Below, in pieces: positions 39,436-51,937 of a stretch of DNA of 64,000 bases (positions are counted from its first letter, which is position 1; each line of letters opens with the position of its first letter). The notes beneath the pieces were generated by a model. That model saw only the letters and a list, made by a program, of their open reading frames with translations, was not told where the DNA came from and did not search any database. This stretch comes from an uncultured Hyphomicrobiales bacterium (GTDB lineage Bacteria; Pseudomonadota; Alphaproteobacteria; UBA7879). Made by a program: the position numbers and the translations under genes. Where the stretch lies: assembly GCA_964402405.1 (NCBI GenBank), contig CAYOCE010000001.1:435-64434 (forward strand), in the 5' to 3' direction.

Positions 39436-40327
39436 GTATTTCTTCCATGCAATTTAAAATTCCCTGACCAAATTCCAGATACTCTCGACTTACTAGCTTT
39501 TTAGAAATTTGCGGCTTAAAAACATACGGAGTGAATTTATAATGGCCATGTAGTCTATCAATTTCGGGTTTTTGTGTTTCAATCTTAATATCTCCGCCAA
39601 GCATCTCGTTAATTATATTTAGTAACTCCCCACGGCTAATGTGCTGATAACCTGTTAGCATAACATGAGTGTTTTTATAATTTTCTGCAAGGATATCCAC
39701 ACTCATGCGCGCTGCATCATAAACATGAATATAATCTCTTTTTTCATCACTGCCATATCCAAGCTTGATAGTCTTTTCTATAATTGCCTGCTTAATAATA
39801 CGATGGATTAAATTTCGTTCGTCTGCTCGGGGACCATAAAGTGATCCATATCTTAAAATCGTATAGTTAATCCCAAAATTCTTTTGATACTCTTCAATGA
39901 TAATTTCACAAGCTTGTTTACTTGCTCTATAAAAACCACCCACATTAGAATATACATAAATTGTGGATGCAAAAACAAACCGTTCCACACCATGCTTATG
40001 ACAAGATTCTAGAATATTTATTGTTCCTTGTATATTCAGGGAAAGGGTTTTTTTCGGCTCTTCAAAACCTATCCCTATATCTGCTTGCCCAGCTAAGTGA
40101 TATATATAATCTTTCCCTTCAATTGCTTTATCAACCAAATCTTGATCGAGAATACTTCCCTGAACAAAGCTTTGTTTGTCATTAACAAATTTAGAAGGTT
40201 GAATATCAAAAATAGTTGTTTCTATACCAGCGTTTGTGAGGGCATCTGCTACATGACTACCAACAAACCCAGATCCACCAAATACTATTGCTTTTTTCAT
40301 TTTAACACCTAGTAAAATTAAATTCAT
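39407..40327 (-). CDS. NAD-dependent epimerase/dehydratase (SDR)
   Basis: VFGGSGFVGSHV and YRASK. Confidence 0.7.
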   Translation of the reverse strand: MNLILLGVKMKKAIVFGGSGFVGSHVADALTNAGIETTIFDIQPSKFVNDKQSFVQGSILDQDLVDKAIEGKDYIYHLAGQADIGIGFEEPKKTLSLNIQGTINILESCHKHGVERFVFASTIYVYSNVGGFYRASKQACEIIIEEYQKNFGINYTILRYGSLYGPRADERNLIHRIIKQAIIEKTIKLGYGSDEKRDYIHVYDAARMSVDILAENYKNTHVMLTGYQHISRGELLNIINEMLGGDIKIETQKPEIDRLHGHYKFTPYVFKPQISKKLVSREYLEFGQGILNCMEEIHEKYTPQKP

Positions 40328-41261
40328 TGAGAGGCCTCAATAAAGGCTCCCCCTTTAAAAAACGCACCACATCTTCAACAACTTGCTCCTCCATAAGATC
40401 TCTTACTTCTTGTGCTAAAGAACCCAAATGAGAAGTTAGCAAACAATTCTCTAGTTCAGTTAATCTACCTTGATAGGGCTCAGTTTCAAACACATCTATT
40501 GCTGCCCCTGCCAGATGATTACTCTTAAGCATTTGATATAGTATAGATTCATCTACAATACCACCCCGAGATGTATTAACAAAATAGCTTTCTTTTTTCA
40601 TAAGACTTAAGAGTTTTCCTCCTACTAAGCCCTTGGTTTTAGCATTTAAGGGTAGATGAAGGGAAATAAGATCACTTTCTCGAAAAAGATGTTCGATACT
40701 GCATTTGGTTGCATGCTCAGTAAACTCCACGTAGGGATCATAAAATAAAATATCTGACGAAGGGACTATCAATTTAATAAGTTGTATAATTTTAGCGCCG
40801 ATTTTGCCTGCGCCAACAATTCCTACTTTTAATGAAGATAGCATATGTCCCATAGGACGATGCCAAATTTTTTGATGCATTTTTCGATCTGAAGCTGAAA
40901 TTTGTTTCAAAAGGTTGAGAATAAGAGCAAGTGTAAATTCAGGTACCGCTTCAGAGGGAGCGTCTGGTGTGTAGCTTATACTGATCTTTTTCTCTTTAGC
41001 AGCCTCAAGATCAATGCTATCTACCCCCACACCTACACGAGCAATAAGTTTCAAATGAGGGGCATGCTCAATCACAGATCGAGTGATTTTTTCTGTTCCA
41101 GCAATCAAAACATCTGCATCAGAAATATGCTCGATAAAATCCTTTTCCGTATAGCGAATTCCCTCTGTATTTAAAAAGACATTTCCAAAATTTTGTAATT
41201 CTTTTAAAAGGTTAGGGGATTTACTACAAAATCCTATATTAGATACAAGAATATTATGCAT
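40302..41261 (-). CDS. D-isomer-specific 2-hydroxyacid dehydrogenase
   Basis: GIVGAGKIGAKI NAD-binding motif and a catalytic R/E/H-containing C-terminal half. Confidence 0.75.
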   Translation of the reverse strand: MHNILVSNIGFCSKSPNLLKELQNFGNVFLNTEGIRYTEKDFIEHISDADVLIAGTEKITRSVIEHAPHLKLIARVGVGVDSIDLEAAKEKKISISYTPDAPSEAVPEFTLALILNLLKQISASDRKMHQKIWHRPMGHMLSSLKVGIVGAGKIGAKIIQLIKLIVPSSDILFYDPYVEFTEHATKCSIEHLFRESDLISLHLPLNAKTKGLVGGKLLSLMKKESYFVNTSRGGIVDESILYQMLKSNHLAGAAIDVFETEPYQGRLTELENCLLTSHLGSLAQEVRDLMEEQVVEDVVRFLKGEPLLRPLNEFNFTRC

Positions 41262-42012
41262 ATTTTTTTACTAATTCATCCTGTAATAAAATTTTAGAAG
41301 CACGCTCTAAATCATAGGGCACATCAACTGCAACTGTTTCTTGATCTGTGTAGACAACCCTCAAGGGTTTTCCGTGCTCAAGGATTCTTAACATATCAAT
41401 TGATTCCACTTTTTCCAAAGGTGTTTGGGGTAAATTACTAAATTCATTAAGAAAAATTCGCGAAAAGCCTATAACTCCAGTTTGTTGATAAATAATAGCT
41501 CCCTTATCCCTGTAAGTTGATGGTATCGGTGCTCGAGAAAAATAAAGGGCTCGTTGATCAGGAGAAGAAACCACTTTCACAACATTTGGATCTTCATGAT
41601 CTGCCGTAGTATAAATTCTTGATAAAAGATTAACTACAGGAAGGTAATTGTTCTCATAATCATTGATCACAGCATCAATCATATCGGGCGTAACAAGAAT
41701 TTCATCACCCTGAACCATTATAATAAAATCTTTATCACTTAAACTAAAATCAAGTTTTTCAATTGCCTCACTGACCCGATCTGTGCAGCGTTCATGCTTA
41801 TCACTTGTCATAATCACTGGAATATCATATTGTTCGCAAACTTGCTGTATTTCCTTATCGCAAGTAGCAACACCAACATAGTCAAGTTGGGGGGAAAGGC
41901 AACAACGCTTTGCAACATGTATAACAACTGGAATATTCAAAGCCTTAGCAAGTGGTTTTCCGGGAAATCTTGAAGATCCCATCCGGGCGGGTATGATGCA
42001 AATTTTTTTCAT
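41254..42012 (-). CDS. CMP-ulosonic acid cytidylyltransferase (KdsB/NeuA family)
   Basis: ICIIPARMGSSRFPGKPL N-terminal signature. Confidence 0.75.
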   Translation of the reverse strand: MKKICIIPARMGSSRFPGKPLAKALNIPVVIHVAKRCCLSPQLDYVGVATCDKEIQQVCEQYDIPVIMTSDKHERCTDRVSEAIEKLDFSLSDKDFIIMVQGDEILVTPDMIDAVINDYENNYLPVVNLLSRIYTTADHEDPNVVKVVSSPDQRALYFSRAPIPSTYRDKGAIIYQQTGVIGFSRIFLNEFSNLPQTPLEKVESIDMLRILEHGKPLRVVYTDQETVAVDVPYDLERASKILLQDELVKKYA

Positions 42013-42716
42013 TTCTTAATACCTTGTAAAGAGCATCTTAAAGCAACAATATCTGTACCGTAGGCAATGAAATCATACCCTTCTTCAACACGTTTTTTTA
42101 ATGAGTCTAGGTTTGGCTCTACCTGATGGTACCCAATCATCTTTTTACTTTTTCTTGTTTCTTCGACTATTGAATTACATATATCTTTAAACGCAAAATC
42201 TTCAAAACATCCGGCTTTTCCAAGACTTGCCGTTAGATCATAAGGACCAATCATGATCCCATCTAAAAATTGAGAAGAAATAATATTTTTTATATTTTCA
42301 GCACCCACTTTTGTTTCAATTTGGGCAATAAGAATTGGTTTAAATTCACTAAAATATTTCTCTAAATTTTCTCCCCAGGCATTTGCCCGCATGAGACCTA
42401 AACCCCTTTTTCCTTTTGGAGGAAAAAAACAATGTTCTGCAAATTCATCAAATTTTTCTAATGACTCTACGACGGGCACCAATAGCCCCACCGCTCCCGA
42501 ATCTAATAGACGCCTTGCTAAATAAGGGTCTGCTGAAGGCAATCTTACAAGGGGTTTCGTATTATGCCGTTCGGCTGCTATAAAAATAGATTCGGCTTCT
42601 TGGGTTGTAATGCAAGAATGCTCAAGATCAACAACTATCCAATCAAATCCCAAGCTCGCCATAGCAATAGTCACTTGTGGGGATGGAAGCTGTTGCCACG
42701 CAGCAAGAATAGTCAT
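42009..42716 (-). CDS. HpcH/HpaI-family class II pyruvate aldolase
   Basis: LGFDWIVVDLEHS...VRLP...LDSGAVGLLVP motifs. Confidence 0.7.
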   Translation of the reverse strand: MTILAAWQQLPSPQVTIAMASLGFDWIVVDLEHSCITTQEAESIFIAAERHNTKPLVRLPSADPYLARRLLDSGAVGLLVPVVESLEKFDEFAEHCFFPPKGKRGLGLMRANAWGENLEKYFSEFKPILIAQIETKVGAENIKNIISSQFLDGIMIGPYDLTASLGKAGCFEDFAFKDICNSIVEETRKSKKMIGYHQVEPNLDSLKKRVEEGYDFIAYGTDIVALRCSLQGIKK

Positions 42717-42875
42717 CTATATCTCTCTCTTTAAAATTGCTTTGATCCACGCCCAAAAATAACTTTTATTATTGGCATACATTTCAAGAAACTCTTTTCT
42801 AACACTTTGTATCTTCTCATCATACCACCATTTTTTATATCATTCATTTTTTAAATTCCACTTAGTAAATAAAGC

Positions 42876-44717
42876 CTATTTTGGTATAATATTAAGAAGC
42901 CTTTCGTAGGACATTGTATCATTAAATGGATTGTAATAATTTTTTAAAAAAGATGATCCATTAATGTAACTCAGAGGCTGTCTTTTTTCTGTGCATTCTA
43001 ACAAATCCTTGTGAAGAGTGGTGACAAGATCATCAGAGTTCTTAAAAAGAACCCCATCTTGCAGTAAGGATTTTTTGCATTCATCTGTATAAAATTCTGA
43101 TTGTATCAAGCAGTAAGACTTTAAACCGCAAGCCATAGCTTCTAGTAAAGAGGTAGACGGACGATCGGTAATGAAATAATCCCCTTCCACTAAAAAATTT
43201 TCTAGTGGTAAAGAATTAACAAAATAAACTCTTAGATCATCTCTGAAAAGAAATCTGAGGGCTGAGTGATAACCATCACCACTAGGGTGGCCTTTTAAAA
43301 TTAGGTCAAAATCTACATCAGTTTTTAGTAGAGACTTTATCAATTCCCTTTGTTGATCAAAGTCTTTAAGACTTGGAGGATGATCAAGTGTTACTCTTAC
43401 TCCATCATTAACTGCTTGAATTAAATAAATAATTAAAGGCTTTCCTGATTTTTTATAAATTGATTTACTTTTTTTATTTAATACTTCTTTTCTTAAATAA
43501 TCTATCTGTGGGGATCCTATAGAATGAATATTAATTTTATCAAAATTCCCCTCTTGCTTTATTTGCTTTTGGACTTGATTCCCCCAAACAAAGTAGTCTG
43601 TAACAAAGGGGTATTCCAAAAAAGCATTAAGCTTATCCTTCAGTATCCCTAAGGATCCATGATGAAAGCAATATACTTTTTTATTATGAAAGATAAATAT
43701 TTTGGCTAAAGCCTTTGATTCAAACGTATTGAACCCTGTAGATAAAATACACCTCCAAGTCATTTCCTTGGTTTTTTTTTCATAAAATTTTATTGTTTTA
43801 AATGCGCTTTGTAAGAAGGAATCCATAGTAGATACAAGTATCCCCTTGTAATATTCCTGGTAATTCACTCTCATAATTTCAAAATCATTGGGCTGTAGGT
43901 TGCTATTAACTATATCATCGACGTCAAATTTTTTTGATGTAAGTTGTGGAATATTATTTATCGTATCAAAATTTTTCAACTTTCCAAAAAAATCTCGATT
44001 ATATACGCCGATACATAATATGTGTTTTTTTGAAAAAACTTTTTGTAAAAAATTCTTGCATCTCCCTATAAAAGACACAGGAATTGAATTATCTGCAAAT
44101 TGCTTAAGGATTGTTTTAGATTCTAATTCAGGTCTATAACCTGATATACTATTTTTTGGATCGTAGTAGCCAACTTTAGTTAGGTTTCTATCTTTAAATA
44201 CTGAATTTATTTCAAGATCCAAAGAGTGGTGTGTATGGTATGGATAGCTAGGGTAGGAAAAACTGGGTTCCTTAAAAGGAACATAGTATATATCCACAAT
44301 AGCACCCAATTTTTTTTTCAAGGCCAAAAATTCATATATCCTTAATTCAATGCTATCACACCATGTTCGTAAGTAATAAAATGCAAACTGAGAAAATACC
44401 ATGTCATATTTTTTGAGTTCTGGATAATTGTCAAATATCTTTTCATCTAATTTACTTACTATTTTTGAAAGAGATTCGTAAGACTCATCAAAAATATAAT
44501 GCTGGAAACTATTATAGTTGTAGAAATCTGTAATTCTTGCAATTTTAACATTTTCTTTTTCAAGAAACAAAAGAGCTGTATCCGTGATTGCTACCCATAG
44601 AATGTCATTTTCTGCTATTTTTGTTTGAGAAAAATATTCTTTAAATATATTAATTTGTTCAGGGAACTGAACAATAGCAATCCCTTTAAAATCACCTAAT
44701 ATTTCAGTCATTAACAC
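42876..44717 (-). CDS. Large GT-B-like 'HP-motif' protein, paralog 2
   Basis: ILKGHPSG ... ITDRPSTSLLEAMACGLKSY pattern, as in paralogs 1 and 3. Confidence 0.35.
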   Translation of the reverse strand: MLMTEILGDFKGIAIVQFPEQINIFKEYFSQTKIAENDILWVAITDTALLFLEKENVKIARITDFYNYNSFQHYIFDESYESLSKIVSKLDEKIFDNYPELKKYDMVFSQFAFYYLRTWCDSIELRIYEFLALKKKLGAIVDIYYVPFKEPSFSYPSYPYHTHHSLDLEINSVFKDRNLTKVGYYDPKNSISGYRPELESKTILKQFADNSIPVSFIGRCKNFLQKVFSKKHILCIGVYNRDFFGKLKNFDTINNIPQLTSKKFDVDDIVNSNLQPNDFEIMRVNYQEYYKGILVSTMDSFLQSAFKTIKFYEKKTKEMTWRCILSTGFNTFESKALAKIFIFHNKKVYCFHHGSLGILKDKLNAFLEYPFVTDYFVWGNQVQKQIKQEGNFDKINIHSIGSPQIDYLRKEVLNKKSKSIYKKSGKPLIIYLIQAVNDGVRVTLDHPPSLKDFDQQRELIKSLLKTDVDFDLILKGHPSGDGYHSALRFLFRDDLRVYFVNSLPLENFLVEGDYFITDRPSTSLLEAMACGLKSYCLIQSEFYTDECKKSLLQDGVLFKNSDDLVTTLHKDLLECTEKRQPLSYINGSSFLKNYYNPFNDTMSYERLLNIIPK

Positions 44718-45375
44718 ACCGTATCATCAAAAAAGCTTCAGCTTTCCTTAGTCCAACAGAGGCTCCCCTATGTTCTGCTAATGATTGTAAATGCTCCATT
44801 GAGCGCGTATGGGGAAATGGTCGCATCTCTTGATTGTAGGCATTAATCGCAGTTACTTTTTTGTCCCAATAATCTTCAATATTAATAAAATAATTGGGTA
44901 TAAATAGATTATTGCCTAAACTCCATTCTGTTGCAGATAACACCTCGTAAGTATAGATTTCTTTAACATAGCTTCCAGGAATTGGTCTACATGCAGTTAG
45001 AGTTGATCTGTGTACTATAGCATGATCTACATTCAAATCTCCATAGTGATGAGTGTATACAACACTAGGTTGAAAATCCTCGATAACTTTCTCAATTTTT
45101 TGAACTATATCTAACAGAGGAATAGTATCCAAACGATTATCAGGAAAATCGAAAAATCCTAAACTTTCTGCCCCTAAAATTCTTAAAGCATTTTCAGCGG
45201 CGTGTTTTCTTTTCTTTAAATTTTCTGCAAATGCATCATTTCGAGCCCCCACCCCATCAGCTATAAACAATACTCCTATCCGATCTCCCTTTGCAGAGTG
45301 TTTAGAAATTGTCCCGCCGCAACCTAATGCTTCGTCATCTGGATGTGCTGCAATTACAAGTATATTTTTAGTCAT
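44704..45375 (-). CDS. PIG-L/LmbE-family N-acetylsugar deacetylase
   Basis: ILVIAAHPDDEALGCGGT. Confidence 0.85.
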   Translation of the reverse strand: MTKNILVIAAHPDDEALGCGGTISKHSAKGDRIGVLFIADGVGARNDAFAENLKKRKHAAENALRILGAESLGFFDFPDNRLDTIPLLDIVQKIEKVIEDFQPSVVYTHHYGDLNVDHAIVHRSTLTACRPIPGSYVKEIYTYEVLSATEWSLGNNLFIPNYFINIEDYWDKKVTAINAYNQEMRPFPHTRSMEHLQSLAEHRGASVGLRKAEAFLMIRCVND

Positions 45376-46054
45376 TTGTTAAAACCTCCAAAGATCGTTT
45401 TCCACAATTTGCAATAAGATCCAAACAAGATAAATAAGGAATAAACTGATTCGAATGCTGAGGATAAACTGGATGGACATAACCATCAAAAATAACCTCT
45501 ATATTAGCTTCCTTAAATTTATCCAATTCTAAATAATCTCTTCCAAAAGGACCCGAAATGTATTTTGTGGCTTTAAATTTATTACATATTTCTAAAACAA
45601 GCTCACTTTTTGTTTGTTTAAAATTATAATCCGAAGAAAACTCAATAGGAGTTGTAACCTCTAAATATTGAATAAAAAATTTCAAAGATTGTCTTAAAAT
45701 ATCATTTAAAATCTCGGAAGTAGAAAAATACATTTTACTTAATTCTTCACCAAATTCTGACCAATGGGGCGATTTAGAATAGGCTTGCTCAATGGATAAC
45801 CAGTGCTTTCTTCTCCAATTGATTTTTGGATCTATATTTAGAGCATTAATTCTTAAATTATCTGATTTTCCTTTTGTTAAAACAGGGATGGTCAGCCAGG
45901 TAGGGTTTTGATTTAAAAGAATTTTATTTCGATTTGTAAAGCTATTTTTTTCAAACTGAACATGATCAAGCACAATATGTAAGTCGCTTTTTACAATGCG
46001 ATTAAAATATCCAAGCCATGGTAGATAGGCAGGTTGATTGATCGAAATAATCAT
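45368..46054 (-). CDS. WbqC-family protein
   Basis: ISINQPAYLPWLGYFNRI N-terminus typical of the WbqC-like family. Confidence 0.65.
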   Translation of the reverse strand: MIISINQPAYLPWLGYFNRIVKSDLHIVLDHVQFEKNSFTNRNKILLNQNPTWLTIPVLTKGKSDNLRINALNIDPKINWRRKHWLSIEQAYSKSPHWSEFGEELSKMYFSTSEILNDILRQSLKFFIQYLEVTTPIEFSSDYNFKQTKSELVLEICNKFKATKYISGPFGRDYLELDKFKEANIEVIFDGYVHPVYPQHSNQFIPYLSCLDLIANCGKRSLEVLTND

Positions 46055-46648
46055 TTATTTATACATGTAAATTGTGAAATCATGGGGTAAATACTCATGC
46101 CTTAAAACAATTTTTTTTGTTAATCCTGCACAAAACTCCAATGTCTTAATGGGATCTGCATAAAACTCATTCTCTTCTTGGTGTAGGGCCCAAGAACTAA
46201 GAGAATTGAATGCTACACCCTTTTGAGCTAAGGAGAACATATGTTTTATTAAATCTTTCATAGTTTCTTCAGGGTTTGATTGAATTAAGTAAAAAATTCC
46301 ATTAGCAATGAGAAAATCTTTTTTCTTTGTATAGTCTAACAGATTTTTGTGTTTAAAAAGATCCTTATCATATTTTGATTTGCATAGATTTATCATCTTT
46401 TCAGAAAGATCAATACCTTCATATTGAACCTCTCCAAATTTTTTTTTCAAATATACATAAAAATCTCCCGTACCACACCCAACATCTAAGATATTAATTG
46501 GTTCTTGATCAAAAAAATCTAAAAATACCTTAAATTTTCTTTCCTGACTTTCTTTACGCCCATAATCGCATGATTGGTGGGAGTCACCATATTTTTCAAC
46601 AAGAGTGTCATAATATTTTCCAATATCTGTACGATTATCTATCTGCAT
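46055..46648 (-). CDS. Class I SAM-dependent methyltransferase
   Basis: ILDVGCGTGDF motif I. Confidence 0.7.
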   Translation of the reverse strand: MQIDNRTDIGKYYDTLVEKYGDSHQSCDYGRKESQERKFKVFLDFFDQEPINILDVGCGTGDFYVYLKKKFGEVQYEGIDLSEKMINLCKSKYDKDLFKHKNLLDYTKKKDFLIANGIFYLIQSNPEETMKDLIKHMFSLAQKGVAFNSLSSWALHQEENEFYADPIKTLEFCAGLTKKIVLRHEYLPHDFTIYMYK

Positions 46649-47678
46649 GAAAATACTCCCGTATATGTTTTATGACCAATGCTTGTTCCCTCTTTTTTAG
46701 GCTAGGATAAAGAGGTAAAGACAAGTTTTTTAAAAATGAAATTTGGGCATTTGGATAATCCTTAAACGAATCGGCCCAAGGATGGACTGGTAGTTCTGCA
46801 AAAATTCCTTGAGAATTTAGATGCTTCTTAAGACTGACTATTTCATTTTCAGATATACGTAATACATAGCGATACCAAATTCTGCCTATAGAATTTTTTG
46901 GTAATTGAACCCCATATTGTTCTAGGTCTTTCAGTTGCTCATTATATCTTGTTGCGAGATGAGTCCTCTTTTCTATTATTTCTCCTAATTTATTTAACTG
47001 ACAGATCCCTAAAGCACCTTCAATATCTGTCATTTTATTATTAAATTTGGATTTATCGGGCTTTTGATCTACATAGCTACGCCATTCTGTTATTTTTTCT
47101 TTATAGCTCTCAGAGTTTGTTAAAATTGCCCCCCCTTCACCTGTTCCTATAAGCTTTGTTGCATAAAATGATAAGACTACAAAATCTCCCACTGACCCAT
47201 ATAATTTTCCATCAAAAGCATGTGCGCAATCTTCAATGATAGGAATGTTCGTTTTTTCTTTTACTTTTCTTATATTAACAGGCTCTCCAAAAGTATGAAC
47301 CACGATTAAGGCCTTCAATTCAGAAAAATTGGAGCACTCATCAATCGTATCGCTATCGAAAGAGTTATCCAAAGGAACAGGTATTGCCCCTACGGATAAT
47401 ATGGCATTAACTATAGCAACACATGAATATGCTGGAAAACCCACCTTATCATTTTCTTTTATATTTATAGAAATTAAAGAAAGCCGTAACGCAGAAAAAC
47501 CAGAATCTAGACAAATTGCAAACTTTTTATCCACTGTTGCAGCTAATTTTTCCTCAAACTCCTTGACCTTTTTACCCATAGCTATATGACCAGATTGGAT
47601 AACTTGCTTAACCGCTTTTTCTTCGAATTGATCTAAGTATGGTTTGCTGTGAGGTATTAACATTTTCATATGAAACAT
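46635..47678 (-). CDS. pseC: DegT/DnrJ/EryC1-family PLP aminotransferase (PseC candidate)
   Basis: DegT fold with the SFYATK lysine motif, adjacent to the pseH, I, G, F and B candidates. Confidence 0.75.
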   Translation of the reverse strand: MFHMKMLIPHSKPYLDQFEEKAVKQVIQSGHIAMGKKVKEFEEKLAATVDKKFAICLDSGFSALRLSLISINIKENDKVGFPAYSCVAIVNAILSVGAIPVPLDNSFDSDTIDECSNFSELKALIVVHTFGEPVNIRKVKEKTNIPIIEDCAHAFDGKLYGSVGDFVVLSFYATKLIGTGEGGAILTNSESYKEKITEWRSYVDQKPDKSKFNNKMTDIEGALGICQLNKLGEIIEKRTHLATRYNEQLKDLEQYGVQLPKNSIGRIWYRYVLRISENEIVSLKKHLNSQGIFAELPVHPWADSFKDYPNAQISFLKNLSLPLYPSLKKREQALVIKHIREYFHADR

Positions 47679-47809
47679 CGTTCTTTACTAAAGTTCGAAT
47701 TTATTAAGGTACACAAGAGAACTAGACATCTAACGCTGTATATTTAAGAACCCTTAAAGAACCGCTACACTGAAGATAGAATTCTTCATTTTTTTCATGA
47801 AGTTCCAAG

Positions 47810-48256
47810 TCATATTGTTTTTTTCAAGTAGTAATGATTTTCATCATTATCAATAATGAGAAATCCATTTTTTATAAAAAAACACTTGGATGTGCTGTTA
47901 TCAATTGATACATCCGCTAAAATACTCTGATTTTTTTCTAAAACATTTTGTATTAGGTATGAAAGAACTTGAGAGCCAATGTTTTTTCCTCTAAATTGGC
48001 TCAGTAAAAAAATAGAAATTTTATAAACACCCTCTGTAACAAAATTTAATCTCACTTGCCCAACTTTTACAGTATCATTAATAATAATAAAATTAAAGCT
48101 GCGTAAATCAGAAAGAACGTTTTGAAACCATATATCATGTTCTTCTCTGGTAACTTTTCTCTTTTCGCTTCCTAAAGGCCATATAGACGGATCATTTCGC
48201 CATAGAAATAGAGTATCAGCATCAGATTGTTCTATTCTTTTTAAAAGCAAAGACAT
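47810..48256 (-). CDS. pseH: GNAT N-acetyltransferase (PseH candidate)
   Basis: FRGKNIGSQVL acetyl-CoA motif, 148 aa, immediately downstream of the NeuB-family synthase. Confidence 0.6.
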   Translation of the reverse strand: MSLLLKRIEQSDADTLFLWRNDPSIWPLGSEKRKVTREEHDIWFQNVLSDLRSFNFIIINDTVKVGQVRLNFVTEGVYKISIFLLSQFRGKNIGSQVLSYLIQNVLEKNQSILADVSIDNSTSKCFFIKNGFLIIDNDENHYYLKKTI

Positions 48257-49305
48257 TATAAAAAATCGTTCAATATTAATGTTGAAAAAGCTTTAACAGG
48301 ATTTTTTACCCTTCTTCCCACTATATAATTTGCTAATTTGGGAGGAATTCCTCTCCCTGGGCGGATAAATAATAAATCATTTTTTGATAAAATATCTCCT
48401 GGGTTCAACTCTCTTGCGGCACAGCAAGAAAGACGAAAGCTTTCTCGTGAACCATATTCATGCTCAGTAGGTCCTAATTGTGGCTTGCCAATGGCTTTTT
48501 CCATATACCTAACACCTTCCACCATCTGGGAAAATTCTTTGGCATCAGATGAAAATCTGTGATCAGGCCCGGGCAAATTTTTATCAAGGGTAAAATGTTT
48601 TTCAATCCAGGCAGCAGCATATGGAATTGACCCAACTGCTGCCCAAGCCCCCTCTGAGTGATCACTAAACCCTGTAACAACCCCAAAGGCATCTTTGAGA
48701 GTTTTAATTTTTTCAAGATGAATATCCTCGGCTGGCGTGGGATAACGAGAGGTGCAATGAAGCAAAATAAGGTTATTATTTCCCGTGCTTCTGAAAATAT
48801 TCACAGCATCGTCAATTTCACTAATCAACGCCATCCCCGTTGATAGGACTGTGGGGAGTCCTGATTTACCCATATACTCAACAAGATCAAGATTTGTTAA
48901 GTAATCTGATCCATTTTTTAACACGGCGACGCCTATTTTTTTTAGTAAATCCACCCCCTGAAAATTAGTGGGGGTTGAGTGAAAATCTATATGGTTGGCA
49001 TCACAAAAGGATTTTAAATCAATAAGTTGTTCATCGCTCAGCTCATAGCGCTTGAACATATCATATTGAAATTCTTTAACTACTTTTCCTTGAAAAATAT
49101 ACTCATATTCTAGATTTTTTGTTGGAACAAAATCTTCCGTTTTGTAATTTTGAAATTTTACAGCATCAGCTCCAGCTTCTTTAGCTGCAAGAATCGCTTT
49201 TTTGGCAAGATTCATATCTCCATTATGATTAATGCCAATCTCTGCAACAATATATGCAGGGTATCCTACCCCAATCTTTTTTAATCCTAAATTAATACAG
49301 CTCAT
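48256..49305 (-). CDS. pseI: Nonulosonic acid synthase, NeuB family (pseudaminic acid synthase candidate)
   Basis: AYIVAEIGINHNGD TIM-barrel N-terminus plus a C-terminal SAF domain. Confidence 0.8.
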   Translation of the reverse strand: MSCINLGLKKIGVGYPAYIVAEIGINHNGDMNLAKKAILAAKEAGADAVKFQNYKTEDFVPTKNLEYEYIFQGKVVKEFQYDMFKRYELSDEQLIDLKSFCDANHIDFHSTPTNFQGVDLLKKIGVAVLKNGSDYLTNLDLVEYMGKSGLPTVLSTGMALISEIDDAVNIFRSTGNNNLILLHCTSRYPTPAEDIHLEKIKTLKDAFGVVTGFSDHSEGAWAAVGSIPYAAAWIEKHFTLDKNLPGPDHRFSSDAKEFSQMVEGVRYMEKAIGKPQLGPTEHEYGSRESFRLSCCAARELNPGDILSKNDLLFIRPGRGIPPKLANYIVGRRVKNPVKAFSTLILNDFL

Positions 49306-50264
49306 GAATACCCTCTAAAACTAGCTTAACGCCATTACCATCGCAAATTTCTGCAGCATTTTTTTGTAGTGATCGAAGCCCATCTTTATTTTTGATTAGA
49401 TTATTTATTAGTTCAGGCCCACAGCTTCTTTCAGTATTTTCAATATCTTTAATCAACAAAGCGGCTCCACTTTCCTCAAGATTTTTGGCAATTAATTCTT
49501 GATCTGGACTTAAAACAACCATAATTGTAGGAAGTCCTAATGAGCATCTTTCCCACACACTACTACCCGCAGCCCCTATAGCTAAATCTGCATCATATAT
49601 CAGTTTTGACATATTGGGATTTATATGAATAGCATATTCATTAGGCATAGTAGCAATATACTCTTTAATAAGATAGGCGTTTTGATCAGAAAAACCTAAA
49701 ATAATATCTATTGAACCTGTGAATTCAGAGCGTTTAATCATCTCTAGAGCTTTTAAGGTATAATTTTTAGGGTCGCTCCCCCCCATCGAAATTAAAATAC
49801 GTTTAACTTCCTGTGTTTTCTTCCTTTTTTCAAGAGCCATTGGACGCAGTTCCGTAAATTCCTTGCGCAACAAAATATAATCACTGCCTGTAAAAATTTT
49901 ACAATGCTCTGGAGCTAACTGTCGATAGTCAGTAGCCTTTCGACCATATGTTTGATCTAGTAAAATATCACAGTCATGCTTTCTATTGGCAAGATCATCA
50001 ATTACCATAATTTTTTTTGCATGGAGTCTAAAATGTTTCTCATATTGCTCATCAAACCCATAGCCATCGATCACGAGCAAATCACAAGATATAGGATGCT
50101 CATAAAAGTGAGTCGGATCAAGTCTTTTGAAGCGATTCAAAGCTGGAATAAACTCACAGGTTTCAGAGGATGTTATAATTTGACATATCCATCCCTGCTC
50201 AACCAAAGCATCTGCAATAACACCCGAACGTATAGCATGTCCTGCCCCTATTGAAATAGAACCC

Positions 50265-50290
<26 letters not shown>
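49292..50290 (-). CDS. pseG: PseG-like UDP-sugar hydrolase (GT-B fold)
   Basis: N-terminal SISIGAGHAIRS motif of the PseG/MurG-like family. Confidence 0.6.
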
Positions 50291-51937
<1,647 letters not shown>

